A stretch of DNA of 64,000 bases from Geosiphon pyriformis uo1 (GCA_016748015.1 JAAOMT010000040.1:1-64000), one strand, 5' to 3'; positions 1 through 12,639 are shown, numbered from the stretch's first letter. The notes: generated from the sequence alone by a model not told the origin. Translations and numbers: made by a program.

Positions 1-125
1 TACAATATTAGACACAAAAAAGTTTTATTAAATATCTTTCCGTAATATGCTAGATAGTGTAAATAAACTACGTTGGGAAATTCGTATATTAGGTTCAAAG
101 TTTGAACACATTTCCTTTTATTAAA

Positions 126-1220
126 TTATAAAGCTCTTTCAAAAAGATTCTCCCCAATAATGTTTTCTAGCCCTTTAAATGGTACGCTACATAAAAAATT
201 TCTTACTATTTCTGTAGTTATTCCCGCGATTTTGATAATTACGCCAAATGGAGTAAAAGTTTCACAGAGACCTGATAATCCAGAAGCTGACCATATCAAT
301 TCTGGAGGCTTTATCATTTTGTGCACTATAATATTGTCGAATTCTTTAAGAACATGAAGGGTTAATTCTTCAACTTTTGGCCCACAGATTACTAAAGTCG
401 CAAAGCATTCATATGGGTCTAATCGATCTTTTAAGTTATTATGCGTTTTGTCTAGATCAATTGATAATATATTATTTATTGAATTTTTTCTATCGGAATA
501 GCGATTATTTGAAAGCAAGACCACATCACGAAAGATTAATCGCTCTCCAAGTAAAATGTCGATGCCTGACTCATACCCAGAAAACTCCCATTTTTCCCCT
601 CGTGACATTCTACCACTAGTGAACCAATCTAAAACCACAAGAGAGGAATTTTTGTCTTCTAGCACAAACCTTTGGCGTTGTTTGAACTCAGCGCTACGAA
701 AACATGTCGTTGGTTCTGGTAGTTGAAGCAACAATGAATTTTGGTGAATTCGAGCATGAAGCGATTGCTGTGTTGTTGTTAATTTCGTTAAAAATGTGGG
801 CGATTCTTTCTGATTCAAGTCGGGAGAAGCAGAAATATAAAACTCAAAATCATTGGTGATAGTTCCTAAAGTATTGTTCCCAGTTGATGCTTCATTTTGT
901 GAATTATGAGCATAGTCATTAGTCAATCCCTGAGCTCTTGGACGACTCTTATATACTTTTGTCGAACCTTGAGTAAGTAGCAGTAAGTTTACGCCTTCCT
1001 TACAGTCGATCTTTACTGATACACTATCACCAGACACTAAGCCTCCTCCATATGTCAAAATATATAAAGCGGCCAAAGAAGGACTGTGAGTGCGTGGTGA
1101 AAGAAATTTTAACGGATACGAAGCGTGTAAAGTAGAGAATACCGGTCGAATTTTGCTGCTGAGTGGAATTTCACAAACAACCTCTCCCTGACCAGGTTTC
1201 AACTTTTGTTGATTTTTCAT
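126..1220 (-). CDS. ureD: Urease accessory protein UreD (fungal Ure4-like), single exon, ~364 aa from the first ATG
   Basis: UreD motifs: YPLKFLSP, YILTYGGGLVSGD, LLTQGSTKVYK, LPEPTTCFRSAEFKQ, DWFTSGRMSRGEKWEF. The ORF track starts at a TTG (1241); the first ATG is at 1220. Confidence 0.92.
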   Translation of the reverse strand: MKNQQKLKPGQGEVVCEIPLSSKIRPVFSTLHASYPLKFLSPRTHSPSLAALYILTYGGGLVSGDSVSVKIDCKEGVNLLLLTQGSTKVYKSRPRAQGLTNDYAHNSQNEASTGNNTLGTITNDFEFYISASPDLNQKESPTFLTKLTTTQQSLHARIHQNSLLLQLPEPTTCFRSAEFKQRQRFVLEDKNSSLVVLDWFTSGRMSRGEKWEFSGYESGIDILLGERLIFRDVVLLSNNRYSDRKNSINNILSIDLDKTHNNLKDRLDPYECFATLVICGPKVEELTLHVLKEFDNIIVHKMIKPPELIWSASGLSGLCETFTPFGVIIKIAGITTEIVRNFLCSVPFKGLENIIGENLFERAL

Positions 1221-1328
1221 GAAAGGCAAATGTTTGTACAATGATCAAAAAATTGCACATTGAAATTGTAAAGATCGGCCAATTGGAAACGCGTCGCAAC
1301 TTCGAAACGCTCTTGAATAATTACAAAA
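1221..1328. promoter_or_regulatory. 108-bp bidirectional promoter between ureD and MCMBP, with an MCB-like ACGCGT and a CCAATTGG palindrome
   Basis: Divergent ATGs at 1220 (-) and 1329 (+). ACGCGT at 1289-1294; CCAATTGG at 1279-1286. Confidence 0.55.
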
Positions 1329-4148
1329 ATGTATACTATTAAAGATTATGTAGAAAGACCTCTCGACGTAGTCAAGAAACTTTTTGGTAAAGCTAAATGA
1401 TACTCAGAAGTTCAATTTAATAATCAGGTTTTAACATAAAATACTTGGCTTTAGAGGCCAATTGGAGCCCGATAATACCCGCCAGTGGTAGCCACTTTGG
1501 CATTCCTACGAACTTCAAGCAAGTATTCGATACCGAGGAAGCTATTCAACAGGTTTTATACTCTAAGATTGAAGCTGAATTAGTTGTTTCAAAATGAAAA
1601 CCAGAAAGTCAAACATGCATCCTAGATTCCCTCACTAAATGACATAGCAGCGCGAGACATCCCTTCAAATACACTTGTAAGGTTTCGCGCCATGATCCAA
1701 AATTCTGGGTTAGGTCACGAGATTTATGTAAGCGTATTTGAATCGTTGTGTACTAATGGCAATCAGGTATTTCATTCTTTAATCTATTAGCTGTCAGGCT
1801 ATACCTTGCGAAAAGCGAGTGTAATAACTGATCTTTAATTTTAAGCAATGGAATTTGCACAAATACAGCGACGATATTGATCAGGTAATACCATTTTCTG
1901 CCGATATTTATTTTCAAGAATCTTCATATCTTATCTAAATTCTAGGCGAGCCTCCTTAGTCCAGTTTATGATTCTGCAGAGAGCGTATTCGACGAGCGTC
2001 ATCTGTATTATTGTGTATCAGTACCGGGTGAAACTAACTGGGTGAAAGAAATATCCTTAATGAATATATACCACGATTTCTAAGGAAATTTATTTTTATG
2101 ATCCATTCAAAGTTTTCTTGATTCTCTTATACGGATATACAGATATAAATTTATCTCGGCCAAAGAAAAACATATTGAATGTTCGAGGTCTGAACTCTAA
2201 TAAATTATATATATATGTATATATTTTACATTAATATTGATATTTTTTTGTAGACCTTGAACTTTTAACTTCCAATCTATCTATCGATGAAGAGTACCAT
2301 GACGAACACATAATGTCGAAATTTCCATTTCCCAATGAAACTCATGTTTCCGCGATTGTGAAGGTCCAATAACATCCACTTCTGCTACATAACCCAATTT
2401 AGTCTTTTTTTTCTGTTTTATGGTTAAAATGAATACATTTTCAGGTTTACGAAAAAGACGAGTCTTTGAAAGTGTGTGATGTGGTGGAGTTCATTGGCGT
2501 GATTGATCATCCTAGGTTTCCTTTTTTTTTTAAAGTTTCTTTGGATTTAAATCTTTATTGCGTCTTATATGATATTTTTTTATTAGCCAATATCAAGAAG
2601 TATTGGATAATGGTGATTTCATTGAGCCAATCTCGCTTCTACCGGCTCCCCGCATCCACGCAATCTTTTACAGAAAACTACACCATTCCAACAATCCATT
2701 GATCTCATTTTCAAATCTGGATGCCAGTTTGTATTCAAAAGAATGGCAACTCATTTATTGAATCTGAATTATGCTAAATATTATATTTGAATATTGATCA
2801 GCAATCCATCAGGTCAAACAGGCAGCGAAGCTCACCAGAATTGCATTGATAAAGTATATTGCTTCAGCCTTCAAAGAGGACTTGCTAGTAGCTGAGTTTG
2901 TCTTACTTCAACTTCTTTCCCGAACGTAAGAATGGTTTCCCAATGACTTTGTATCAACATATTTCGGACATTTTCATGATTTTTTACTCGACATTACAGT
3001 TATAATCGCCGAGAGGATATAACACTAGGAAAATTTGGCTTAAATATTACAAATATACCACCAGCTAAATTCTCAAATAATGACAGCTTGTCCTCTCGTC
3101 CAATATCATTGACCCACAGTAATCCATTCGCTAGAAATATTGGCACTCTACTTTCTTCACTTTTACCAAAATACCATGATCTTCCCCTAAATCTTTCTAC
3201 GCTTAACAATATTTTTTTCTATCCACAATGCGAGGACGTTTTGCAATCTGGAGTATTCCAAGTCAGTGAAGGAACTTGTTTTTCTATAGATGAGACTGTA
3301 TTAAATGAAGGAAAATTAGGTGATCAGGGTAAGTTCATATTAGAATGGATAATTTACTTCCGATAAGTTATTAAAAAGCTCCACATTTTTTGATTTCCTC
3401 TAGGTGTGCGAAATGCTCAGGTTTTGGCACAAGTTTTAAGGAATCAAAAGTTAAATTACGTGTTTCCATTCAGCAATTTTGAATTCAATATTGATATCGG
3501 GTTAATTATATTGTCGAACGCTAAAAGCCTTTTCCCCGTAAATATTCTAATATTTTCGTTTTTATCGATGTCAAAGATTATATGTTCAACGATCGTAATA
3601 ACTTTGCTTACCTTCTAGGCTGACTGTGCCATTCCTCTTGATCATTCAATGGGAATAAATACAACGCCGTCTCCAAGCCCAGACACTATGAATAACTTTA
3701 GGAAATATTTGAGTATCATGCGTCATTCAGAGTATTTAATTCCTGAGAATATCGCTGAGGCAATGATCATTTTCTTAATTTTGAAATTTCAAAGAAAACT
3801 CGCTCCCAATAATTTTCCCAAAATTTTTTGCAGTTTATTCAACGTCAATTTGTTAGTCAACGACAAGAAGCATCTCGGGAAGGTACCCCTTTAATGACTC
3901 CTGAGGATTTATTTTTCCGAATGAACCTAGCAAGGCACGTAAATCATTATTGTAAATCCTCGAATGACATTGACATGGTATTTTATAATCACTCATTTAC
4001 TGATTTGGTTTATCGAATTGCTCACAGATTGGTTACTTTAAGCTTCGGTGAAGTAGAACTAACAACGGAGTTGTGGAATTATACCCAAAAGTTGGATCGA
4101 GCCCGTCAACAGCGAATTGAACAGATTGGGCTAGCACCTACGGAATAA
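1329..4148 (+). CDS. MCMBP: Mini-chromosome maintenance complex-binding protein (MCMBP/Mcb1 family), ~15 exons
   Basis: Hand-spliced exons read MYTIKDYVERPLDVVKKLF..IPSLND..LVRFRAMIQ..YYCVSVPGETNWVKE|GY..FPFPNETHVSAIVKVY..LKVCDVVEFIGVI..DLLVAEFVLLQLLSR..LQSGVFQVSEGT..IDETVLNEGKLGDQGVRN..QKLNYVFPF..FVSQRQ..LARLVTLSFG, matching the family. There are 14 introns: 11 GT-AG, 2 GC-AG and 1 AT-AC. Confidence 0.9.
2051..2132 (+). other. U12-type (minor spliceosome) AT-AC intron in MCMBP
   Basis: 5' end ATATCCTT; branch-like TTTCTTGAT at 2114-2122; ends ...TTATAC. Removal joins WVKE|GYT in frame, while retention gives an in-frame TAA. Confidence 0.88.
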
Positions 4149-4471
4149 AGTAGCAAAACTTTTGTCCATTTTGTCTGAAATTCTAAATCAAGCATAAAAG
4201 TACAAATTAAGCTTAACTGAAACAGTTTAAAGATCCAAATAGTTAATTAAAGTAATGCAAAAGTGCTATTATCGGCTAATACAAAGTGCAAATTGATATG
4301 GATAATTTATCATGGTTGCAGGTCGCCGTTTAGTTGAGAAAATTTCTGTCGGCAGTTGAATATAGCATAGGCCTGCTAATATTTAATAGATACCGATGGG
4401 GGCTAAACTATCTAGGCGTTTTTCAAAGTAGTTCTCAAACAAAAATCGTCCTCCATTTTTAGGAATTATTT

Positions 4472-6860
4472 TCAAGCTTTCCATAATTTTATAGACAGAA
4501 TTCCTGCAATCAATGCCATTAACCCTCCAAATCTGAGCACAAACCCAATAGCATCCTTATTCGAATTTACATCAACTTCATCAACAAGACTTTTTTCAGA
4601 TCCAGGTTCTATTATGGCAAACACAACGCTACTGAAAAAAGTAACCAAAAATTGAGGTAGCACTATATAAATGTTGTGTATACCCAGTAATGTGCCAGCA
4701 TCGCATGAGATTTGACTTGAATCGTAATCTCCTGTGAATGATACTAAATGTTCTTCACTTTGTATATTAGTTGTTTCGACTAATCCATAAGAAATCTCAT
4801 CAGGTTCCACAACTTCGTTGTTGCATTGCAGTGATCCAGTCCCCAACTGGCGAGAATTTTTAGCTATAAATTCACCTAAAAGGGAAAAAGGTGCCCACAT
4901 TGCAGTTGCCCATGATATTCCCAGAATCCCATATAAGAATGTTGCTTCGGCAACTGTGTTCGTAAACCATGTTCCTAACATTACAAATGCTACAATAAAG
5001 TGAGAAAGGGTCCACATCTTTGGTAAAGTGAGAAAAGGCAGCGGTAATCTTAGATTCTCCCAATTAAAGTGTGAACGATTGGTACAAGTGAACTTTGTGT
5101 CCCCCGATGGACTGATGATGAAAGGTAACAGAAAGGATGCCATCAAACTGACCAAAGAATGAACTAATAGCGCAAAAGAGCCCGCTCGAGTTCCTACTTC
5201 TGAAGATGGTTTTCCTACAGTACGAGTGTAAACTTCAGCGACCCAAGTTGTAGAGTAAATTAGAAAAGGAAACCATCCAATCCATGCAAAAAATTGTACA
5301 TTGCAGATGTTTTGCACGGGTTCTGGAAGGTTTCGAATGGATTTTACAACAGAAGTTATTGTTTCAAATGTGTAAGAAAGGACGCTGATCGACTCCTTTT
5401 GACTGAGAAAATAAACTTATTGTTATTTAATCGCAAAATGATATATATATCAAATTGGAATATTTTAATTTCAAACCTGCCATCATAATTCACTTTTTCC
5501 TTGACGGCCCACCAAGTGAGCGCGTTACAAGATAGTAAAACAAGAGAGGCGAGAATGCATAAAACTTTCAAATTTGTATTGCCAAAAAATGGAAAGATTG
5601 CCGGTAATTCGACAAAGCCCCTTTTTTAATTGAATTTGCACCAAAAATTATTAAGATCTTCATAATAGGTAAAATACAAAGTCCTTTCCTCACATGAAAT
5701 ATCCCATAGCACTTCCAATTACACCCATTTTTCCAGCCCAAGCTGTCCCCTCTTCCTGTTGTGATGGCGGCAAACAGTCGACAATTAAAGCACGAGAGGT
5801 TGCTTGAACTTTGAATGTATTTTATGAGTGATATATTCATCCTGATATATTTGAAGGAGAATTTATTAAATACCTATGTTGATCGCGAAATCCAAGACGT
5901 AGATAGATATTACGGCCAACCAAATTGTCAATGTGCTCTAAAATCAGAAGTATTAATATAAAAACAATTTGAGAAGCTAGTTGAAATCGTATTTCTTACC
6001 GCAAAAGAATTTTCTCCGAAAATTCCAAAAATAATTTCTTTGGTCCAACCAATCAATATGAGTATAAATGCTACCACCAGACTACCGACAATCATGAAAG
6101 GCCGCCGACGACCATATTGCGAATTAGATTTATCTGAAAGCACCCCCACTATTGGCTGCATTATTAGACCTTTGATAAATCAATATAAATATCAAAGATT
6201 TTTATATAAATATCAAACCCAAAGTAGAAATTGAGAATATTTACCTGAAAGCGGTCCAGCAAGCCATACCAAAGAAGTTAGAGCTTTTGATAGGCCTAAG
6301 CTAAGTAGGTAAGGCGTACCTAGTTTTCAGGAGGATTACTGATTATGGTGGGAGAACTATGAGAAAGATATGGAAAAATAAAACTTTCGGACAGACCATA
6401 AGCTAATTCTACGGACCCTAATAGTATTCAATTATGAATTTTGATCAGGAATTCGAAAGAACCATGAAATCAACGAACTTTAAAATGATAAACTTACAAG
6501 TAAACGACACACTAGATGAAAAAAAAATTATTTATATAAAATATATACCTCAATGTGATTTTTTGTAAATGGCACAATGTTTAGTTGAAAAATAGGAACC
6601 CAAACTTTGAAGATCTTTCAGCCCAACATAGTCTCATAAACTCACCCCAGTAGGAACGACGTCAATAAAATCAATTTTACAGTTTTATTGTTTCCTTTTA
6701 TTGAGCCAAGGGGGCTTTTTCCTTCTAGTTGTTGGAAATGAGTATTGGCGCTTTCTTGAGCGTTGAGATTAATATGCTCTTGATCCAGACCAGCTATATC
6801 ATTGTAGGAAAGTTTAGCAGAATTAGAAGAAATGGAGGAACGTGGTGAAAGACTTTGCAT
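4472..6860 (-). CDS. MFS sucrose/general alpha-glucoside:H+ symporter (SUT1/SUC/SLC45-like), multi-exon
   Basis: Spliced motifs GVSFTWSVELAYGTPYLLSLGLSK..VWLAGPLSG..QPIVGVLSD..YGRRRPFM..YVLDFAINIVQATSRALIVD..CNVQFFAWIGWFPFLIYSTTWV..AGTLLGIHNIYIVLPQF. Introns are GT-AG, with microexons of 14 and 21 nt. Confidence 0.88.
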
Positions 6861-7059
6861 CGCACGGATTTATGGTTAAAAAGGTGAGAATTTCGTTTTT
6901 AGCAATTTGAATGGTTCAGCCATTTTACTCGAATCAACTTTCAGATCAACCAAACATATGCCTAAATTTATCTAATACCATTGTGTCGATATTTGGGTCA
7001 ATCCTAAACCCTATTTTAGCACCACACACTCTTAAAAACGATTCGCTTATTACTCTCAG

Positions 7060-10000
7060 ATGGACGAACCACCACCTGTGAATAACACCATGTATGATGA
7101 AGGGGGAGCTCTTTACACTATTGCTGTGTTCATCTTCGCTACTTTGCCTACTTGGTTTCTTTCTTTTGTGTCCTTCACCACCATAACCTTGCCAACTTGG
7201 ATATTCACAATACTTTCGTGGTCCTTCACTTTGCAATTAAATTTTACAACCTTGGTCCTATTCTTTGGGGCTGTTTTCACTGTTGTTTATTTGATAGTTC
7301 GTTATCTTCTGTTGACTACGTATTCGCGTCTTCCAGCCGAGGCACCTCAACCAACAGGTCCTTCCTATGATTTACATCCTGACGTTGTTGGAAATAACGA
7401 AGAATTATTAAAGAATTATCCTGACGAGCTTCTAAGCAGATTTTTGGAGGCCATAAAAGTATTTGGTTATCTTGAAAAACCTGTTTTTCATGAATTAGCT
7501 CGACATTTACAAACCCGAAAATTATTGGCAGGGGATACTTTAGTCTTGGAAAAAGAAAGATCATTCTACATTGTTGTTGATGGCTACGTTCAAGTCTTTG
7601 TCAAGACAGCGAATAAAGAGGATATTGTTCCTGATCCATTTGAAAGTGATGAATACAATAAGGGCTATCAACTTTTAAATGAAGTTGGAGAGGGTGGCAC
7701 ATTATCTAGTCTTTTTACAATTTTGTCTTTATTTACCGATGATATTGAACTACGATATGATGAGAATGAGCCAGAACATACAAATAAAGAAAAAGAGGGG
7801 GAAGATATCCAGCCTCCTAATAAATCTTCGTCTAAGATAAATGTGAATAATGGATCTTATGGAATCCCTACAGACCAAAAGGACTGGCCAATAGCCTTTA
7901 CAGATTTAGACGAATCTGATAATCCTGATCGCGTTGATGGAAAAAATAAAAAAGGGACAACAAGGAATCCCGAAACTCCATCAACTCGCCTAAGGTGGGA
8001 CGACTCTGAAATTAGGCCAAAATTAGCAAGAAGATTATCCATGAAAGAAAATATTACATCTGTGCATCCGAATATTGTTGCCAGATCTACTGTAGACACT
8101 ACGTTAGCTGTTATTCCAGCAGAAGCCTTTCATAAACTAACCGAGAAGTTTCCCAATTCTGTAGCTCACATTGTTCAAGTTATTTTGACGCGATTTCAGC
8201 GTCTTACATTTTGGACTGGCTACAAATATCTCGGGCTTACCAAAGACCTTTTGAGAACTGAAAAGCTGATGAACGAAATAGCTAGTTATGGGCTCCCATC
8301 AAACTTTTTTAGGCCAGGGAGTATGGAACGACTTCGTCGTAGATTTGTAGGTGGCACCAAAAAATACTCCAGAGAAAATCCCAATGATGATTTGGAGATG
8401 AGTGACAGTGGGCTGATATTCAAAAATAAAAAATCAAAAACAAGCTTGCGGCCGGGAAAACCTTTTTTCTACGAAAATCCAACTATTTCAGAATCGGCTG
8501 TTCCTTTAGCTAGTAATTTCCCAAAGGATTCACGTATTTATTCAAATGAGAAATATCTCCAAATTCCTACTCGATCACACGTTCTTCCTACAACGAAATC
8601 TACATTTGATAGTCGAGATTACGATGCCCAGGATGATATGTACCTTCGGGAATCTGTCTTGGAAGGTATCTCAAAAAGCATTGGTCTCATTCAGCCGGTT
8701 ATGAATTCCATAAAGAATAGAGGTACTTTCTCTGATCAAAGCTCTCTACAAAATTCCCTCGACTCTACCAATGGAGGCTTATCTCAGCTCACTGGATTTA
8801 ATCCTTTAAGCAGCATGTCCTCCCTTATGGAGATTCCTGATGATGATTCGATTGCGGAAACCATATCCTCAATTACTAGCAAGTTTGATAATGATGTGGA
8901 AATTCTTTTTTATCCGAAAGGCACTTCCCTTGTTAAAGAAGGAGAAAGAAATGTGGGATTATTCTTTGTAATTGATGGACTTTTGGACGTGTCTGTAAGC
9001 TCTAATGAAAAAGATTTCCTTGGTAGCTCTTTATCACCGGCACCCTTGGAAGCTTTAAGCGGCTCAACCTCTGAGCATAAAAGAAAAGAATATACTGCTA
9101 ACACGTCATCAAATACAGATAAAAGCTTATTTATGATAAAACCTGGTGGTCTCGCTGGATATCTGGCAGCATTAACAGGATTTCCGTCTTTCGTTAACAT
9201 TCGAGCTAGCACGGATACTTATGTTGGATTTTTGTCAAAGAATTCCCTCCACCGTCTTATGGAAAAAAATCCTAATGCATTATTAACTCTTGCTAAGCGA
9301 TTAATCAGTTTATTATCACCTTTGGGTATGTGGCTTCCGAAGTTTTTTAAAAAAAGTCAAGATTAAAACAATACTTATTAAATACAGCATCTTCCATTTA
9401 TAGTCCTTCAGATTGATTTTGCGCTGGACTGGATACAGGTTAATGCTGGCCAAGTTTTATATTCTAAAGGGGATTCAAGTGATTCTATTTATATTGTCCT
9501 TAACGGCCGTGTTCGAGCTATTAATGAAGGTGAAAAGGGCGCTATTGATATTTTGGGTGAATATGGCCAGGGCCAGAGTATTGGGGAGCTAGAAGTCATG
9601 AGTAAGCAAATCCTTTTTTTAGAGAAGTTAGTTATATCGAATTTCCAATCCTAAAGTTTTATCAATTGAAAAGTTGGAACACCACGTCCTTACACCCTAC
9701 ATGCTATCCGTGACACCGAACTTGCACGAATGCCAAAAACATTATTTAATGCTCTTTCCTCACGTCACCCCGAAATTACCCTTCAAATATCTCGAATAAT
9801 TGCTTCCAGAGCGCGTTTGCAACAAGAACGGGAATTCAATCTTAGCCATGGTAACACGAGTGCCGAATTGGGTAAAAACAATACGAATCTTAAAACTGTT
9901 GGAATACTACCTGTAGACGGTCGTGTTCCAGTTATTGAATTCGCACATAAAGTGAAGAATGCATTGGCACGAAATAATACAAGAGCAACCTTACTCAATC

Positions 10001-11925
10001 AAGCGACCGTTGTTGGTATACTTGAAAAACATGCCTTCAGTAGAATGGGAAGGCTAAAACTAGTAAGTTGGCTAGCGGAGCAGGAAGAAGACGTGCAAAT
10101 CGTCTTATATTTAGCCGATGGTGGACCCAACTCTTCTTGGACACAAACTTGTATTCGCCAAGTAAGATAAGATTTTACGTTATTGAATATCACTATTTAT
10201 TTCTAACATTAATGTTGCTCATGCCATTTGAAGGCTGACTGTATTTTATTAGTTGGCTTAGGTGATAGCAATCCTGGAATTGGTGAGTATGAGCGTTTTT
10301 TAATTGGAGCGAAAACGACAGCTCGCAAGGAGTTGGTTTTATTGCATGCCGAACGACATTGTTCGCCAGGAACTACCCGTCAATGGTTGAAGGTAATTAA
10401 GGCGTTTCAAGATTTCCAACATACTTCATGTCTATTAATAGTTCAATTTGCAATTAGAATCGTCTATGGATACATGCACATCATCATGTTCAAATGACCT
10501 TAGTTGAAAAGCCAACTATGCTCGGTGAACAATCACGTAAAAATACCTTAATGAACCTCCGAGATCATATATCCAGGTATTATCCCAGAAGAATCTCGAA
10601 ACGCTCCCCTACCACTTATACTGGTAATCGAAGTGATTTTGCCAGGTTTGTAATAAATTCTGAAGCTTACGCATTAACAATTTTTACTTTCAATAATTAA
10701 ATTTCAATTCTCGGTTTCCGTAATCCATTCTCAGACTGGCACGTCGCCTTTGCGGGAAGTCGGTAGGACTTGTCCTTGGAGGTGGGGGCGCACGGGGAAT
10801 AGCACATATAGGTGTCATCCGTGCTTTAGAAGAAGCTGGTATTCCAATTGATATGGTTGGGGGTACTAGCATTGGTGCTTTTATGGGTGGCCTATACGCG
10901 CGTGATTCAGACAATGTAGCTATTTTTGGACGTGCAAAAGCTTTTTCAGGACGAATGAGCTCTAAATGGAGACAAGTTATGGATTTGACATACCCCGTCA
11001 CTGCTTGGTTTACAGGTAGCATTCATGATGAATTTTTGTAGGTATCAATTGTTTATTTTGTTGGTTAATTAGAATTGCTTCTTATTGTCTCATTTTGACA
11101 CAGGACATGAATTTAATCGAACAATATGGAAATCGTTTTTTGATACACAAATTGAGGACTTTTGGCTTTCCTATTACTGTATAACTACTAATATTACATG
11201 GTCTCGTATGGAGGTTCATCAAAGTGGATATGCGTGGCGTTATGTACGAGCTTCCATGTCCCTCGCTGCTTATCTTCCTCCCCTGTGCGATAACGGGCAT
11301 TTACTTTTAGATGGCGGATATATGGATAATCTCCCGGTTTGCATGGTTTTCTCGCATTTTTCAATTTAATGTGCAACAAGAGATAATAAAAAGAATGGTA
11401 ATATTAATAGGTTAGTGTAATGAAATCTATGGGAGCTGACACCATATTCGCGGTTGACGTTGCCAGTCATGATGACACTTCACCTGTATTTTATGGCGAC
11501 TCGATATCTGGCTGGTGGGTTCTTCTCAATCGGTTTAACCCATTCAGACGTCAAGCCAAAATTCCCACAATGGCAGATATACAGTCGCGTCTTGCTTATG
11601 TTTCAAGCGTAAAGACCCTGGAGGATGCCAAATCAATACCTGGATGCTTATATATGCCGATTCCAGTACAACAGTACGTATGATTCTGATCAATTTCTGA
11701 ATTTTGAGTCTTTAGTGAATATGACTAATAATTCAGATGACTGCCTGTTCGGACAGATATGCTACTTTGGAATTCTCGAAATTTTCTGAAATCTTTGAAG
11801 TAGGCTATAAAGCGGGGAAGGAGATGCTAAAACAGTTTCAGGAAGAGGGCAAACTGAAATCTGTTTTGGACGAAAAGCCGACAGGATCAAAGAGAGGACG
11901 TATTCGAAGAAGAAACAGTGTCTAA
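7060..11925 (+). CDS. NTE1: Lysophospholipase NTE1 (neuropathy target esterase / PNPLA6 homologue), multi-exon
   Basis: N-terminal TM segment, cNMP-binding domains ([27 protein letters not shown]; [12 protein letters not shown]), and a patatin domain with GGGGARG, catalytic GTSIG and DGG motifs. The C-terminus is RRNSV. Confidence 0.95.
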
Positions 11926-12639
11926 TACTTTAATATTGAAGAACAAAATACGTAATAAAAAACCAAATTCAATAAACTTTTTCATGAAATTCTTGGAAGA
12001 GAAAGCTCTTTTATACAAATTTAAAGTAATATTATTGTTTTAAAACTGTTTTAGTGAATTTTTAAAAATATTTTTTTTCATTAATGATGGCCCTGCAATT
12101 AATATTTGTTACTTTAATATTTTCAATGTATTTAGCATTTATAATATTTATTTTTTAGTTAATTTAGATTATCGTTTTTAATAATATTTTGAGAACAATT
12201 TAAAGTTAATTTTGGTAATAAAATTAATAATTATTTTTAATTTGTTGTTTATAAAGTATGTAAATTGTATAACAAAATAGTTTATATTAAGAAAATTCTG
12301 GTTCTTCAAATTTAATTTTATATTTTTTAACAAAATATTATTTATTTTTCTTTGGTTTTTAAATTAACTTGTTAAAAAAGAAATATTGCTAAACATATAT
12401 TATTATAGATAGCCTAATAAAAAATACATACTATAAATATAAGCTTAATTTATTAAAGTTAAATAGCTTATTACAATATTAAAGATAAAAAACACCAAAA
12501 TAAATCTGTTAAAAAATACAAAAAAAAATTAAACAAAAAATTGTTACAAATTGTTAAACTCTTAATATTTTTTATAAAACTCAATTTTAAATTAATAAAT
12601 TGTTATTTAGTTAATATTATAAATTTGTTTGTAAATTTT

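Noticed and set aside
126-1220. Horizontal bacterial origin of the intronless ureD
   Set aside because: Its length, internal insertion and motifs fit the eukaryotic/fungal type. There is no operon context, and no phylogeny is available to support HGT.
2516-2586. Donor GTTTCCTTTT in MCMBP resembling the U12 GTATCCTTT
   Set aside because: Mismatch at +3 and no TCCTTRAY-like branch site near the acceptor, so treated as U2-type.
160-11379. Numerous short antisense or overlapping ORFs within the four genes
   Set aside because: Shadow frames of real exons, or intron read-through, with no independent evidence.
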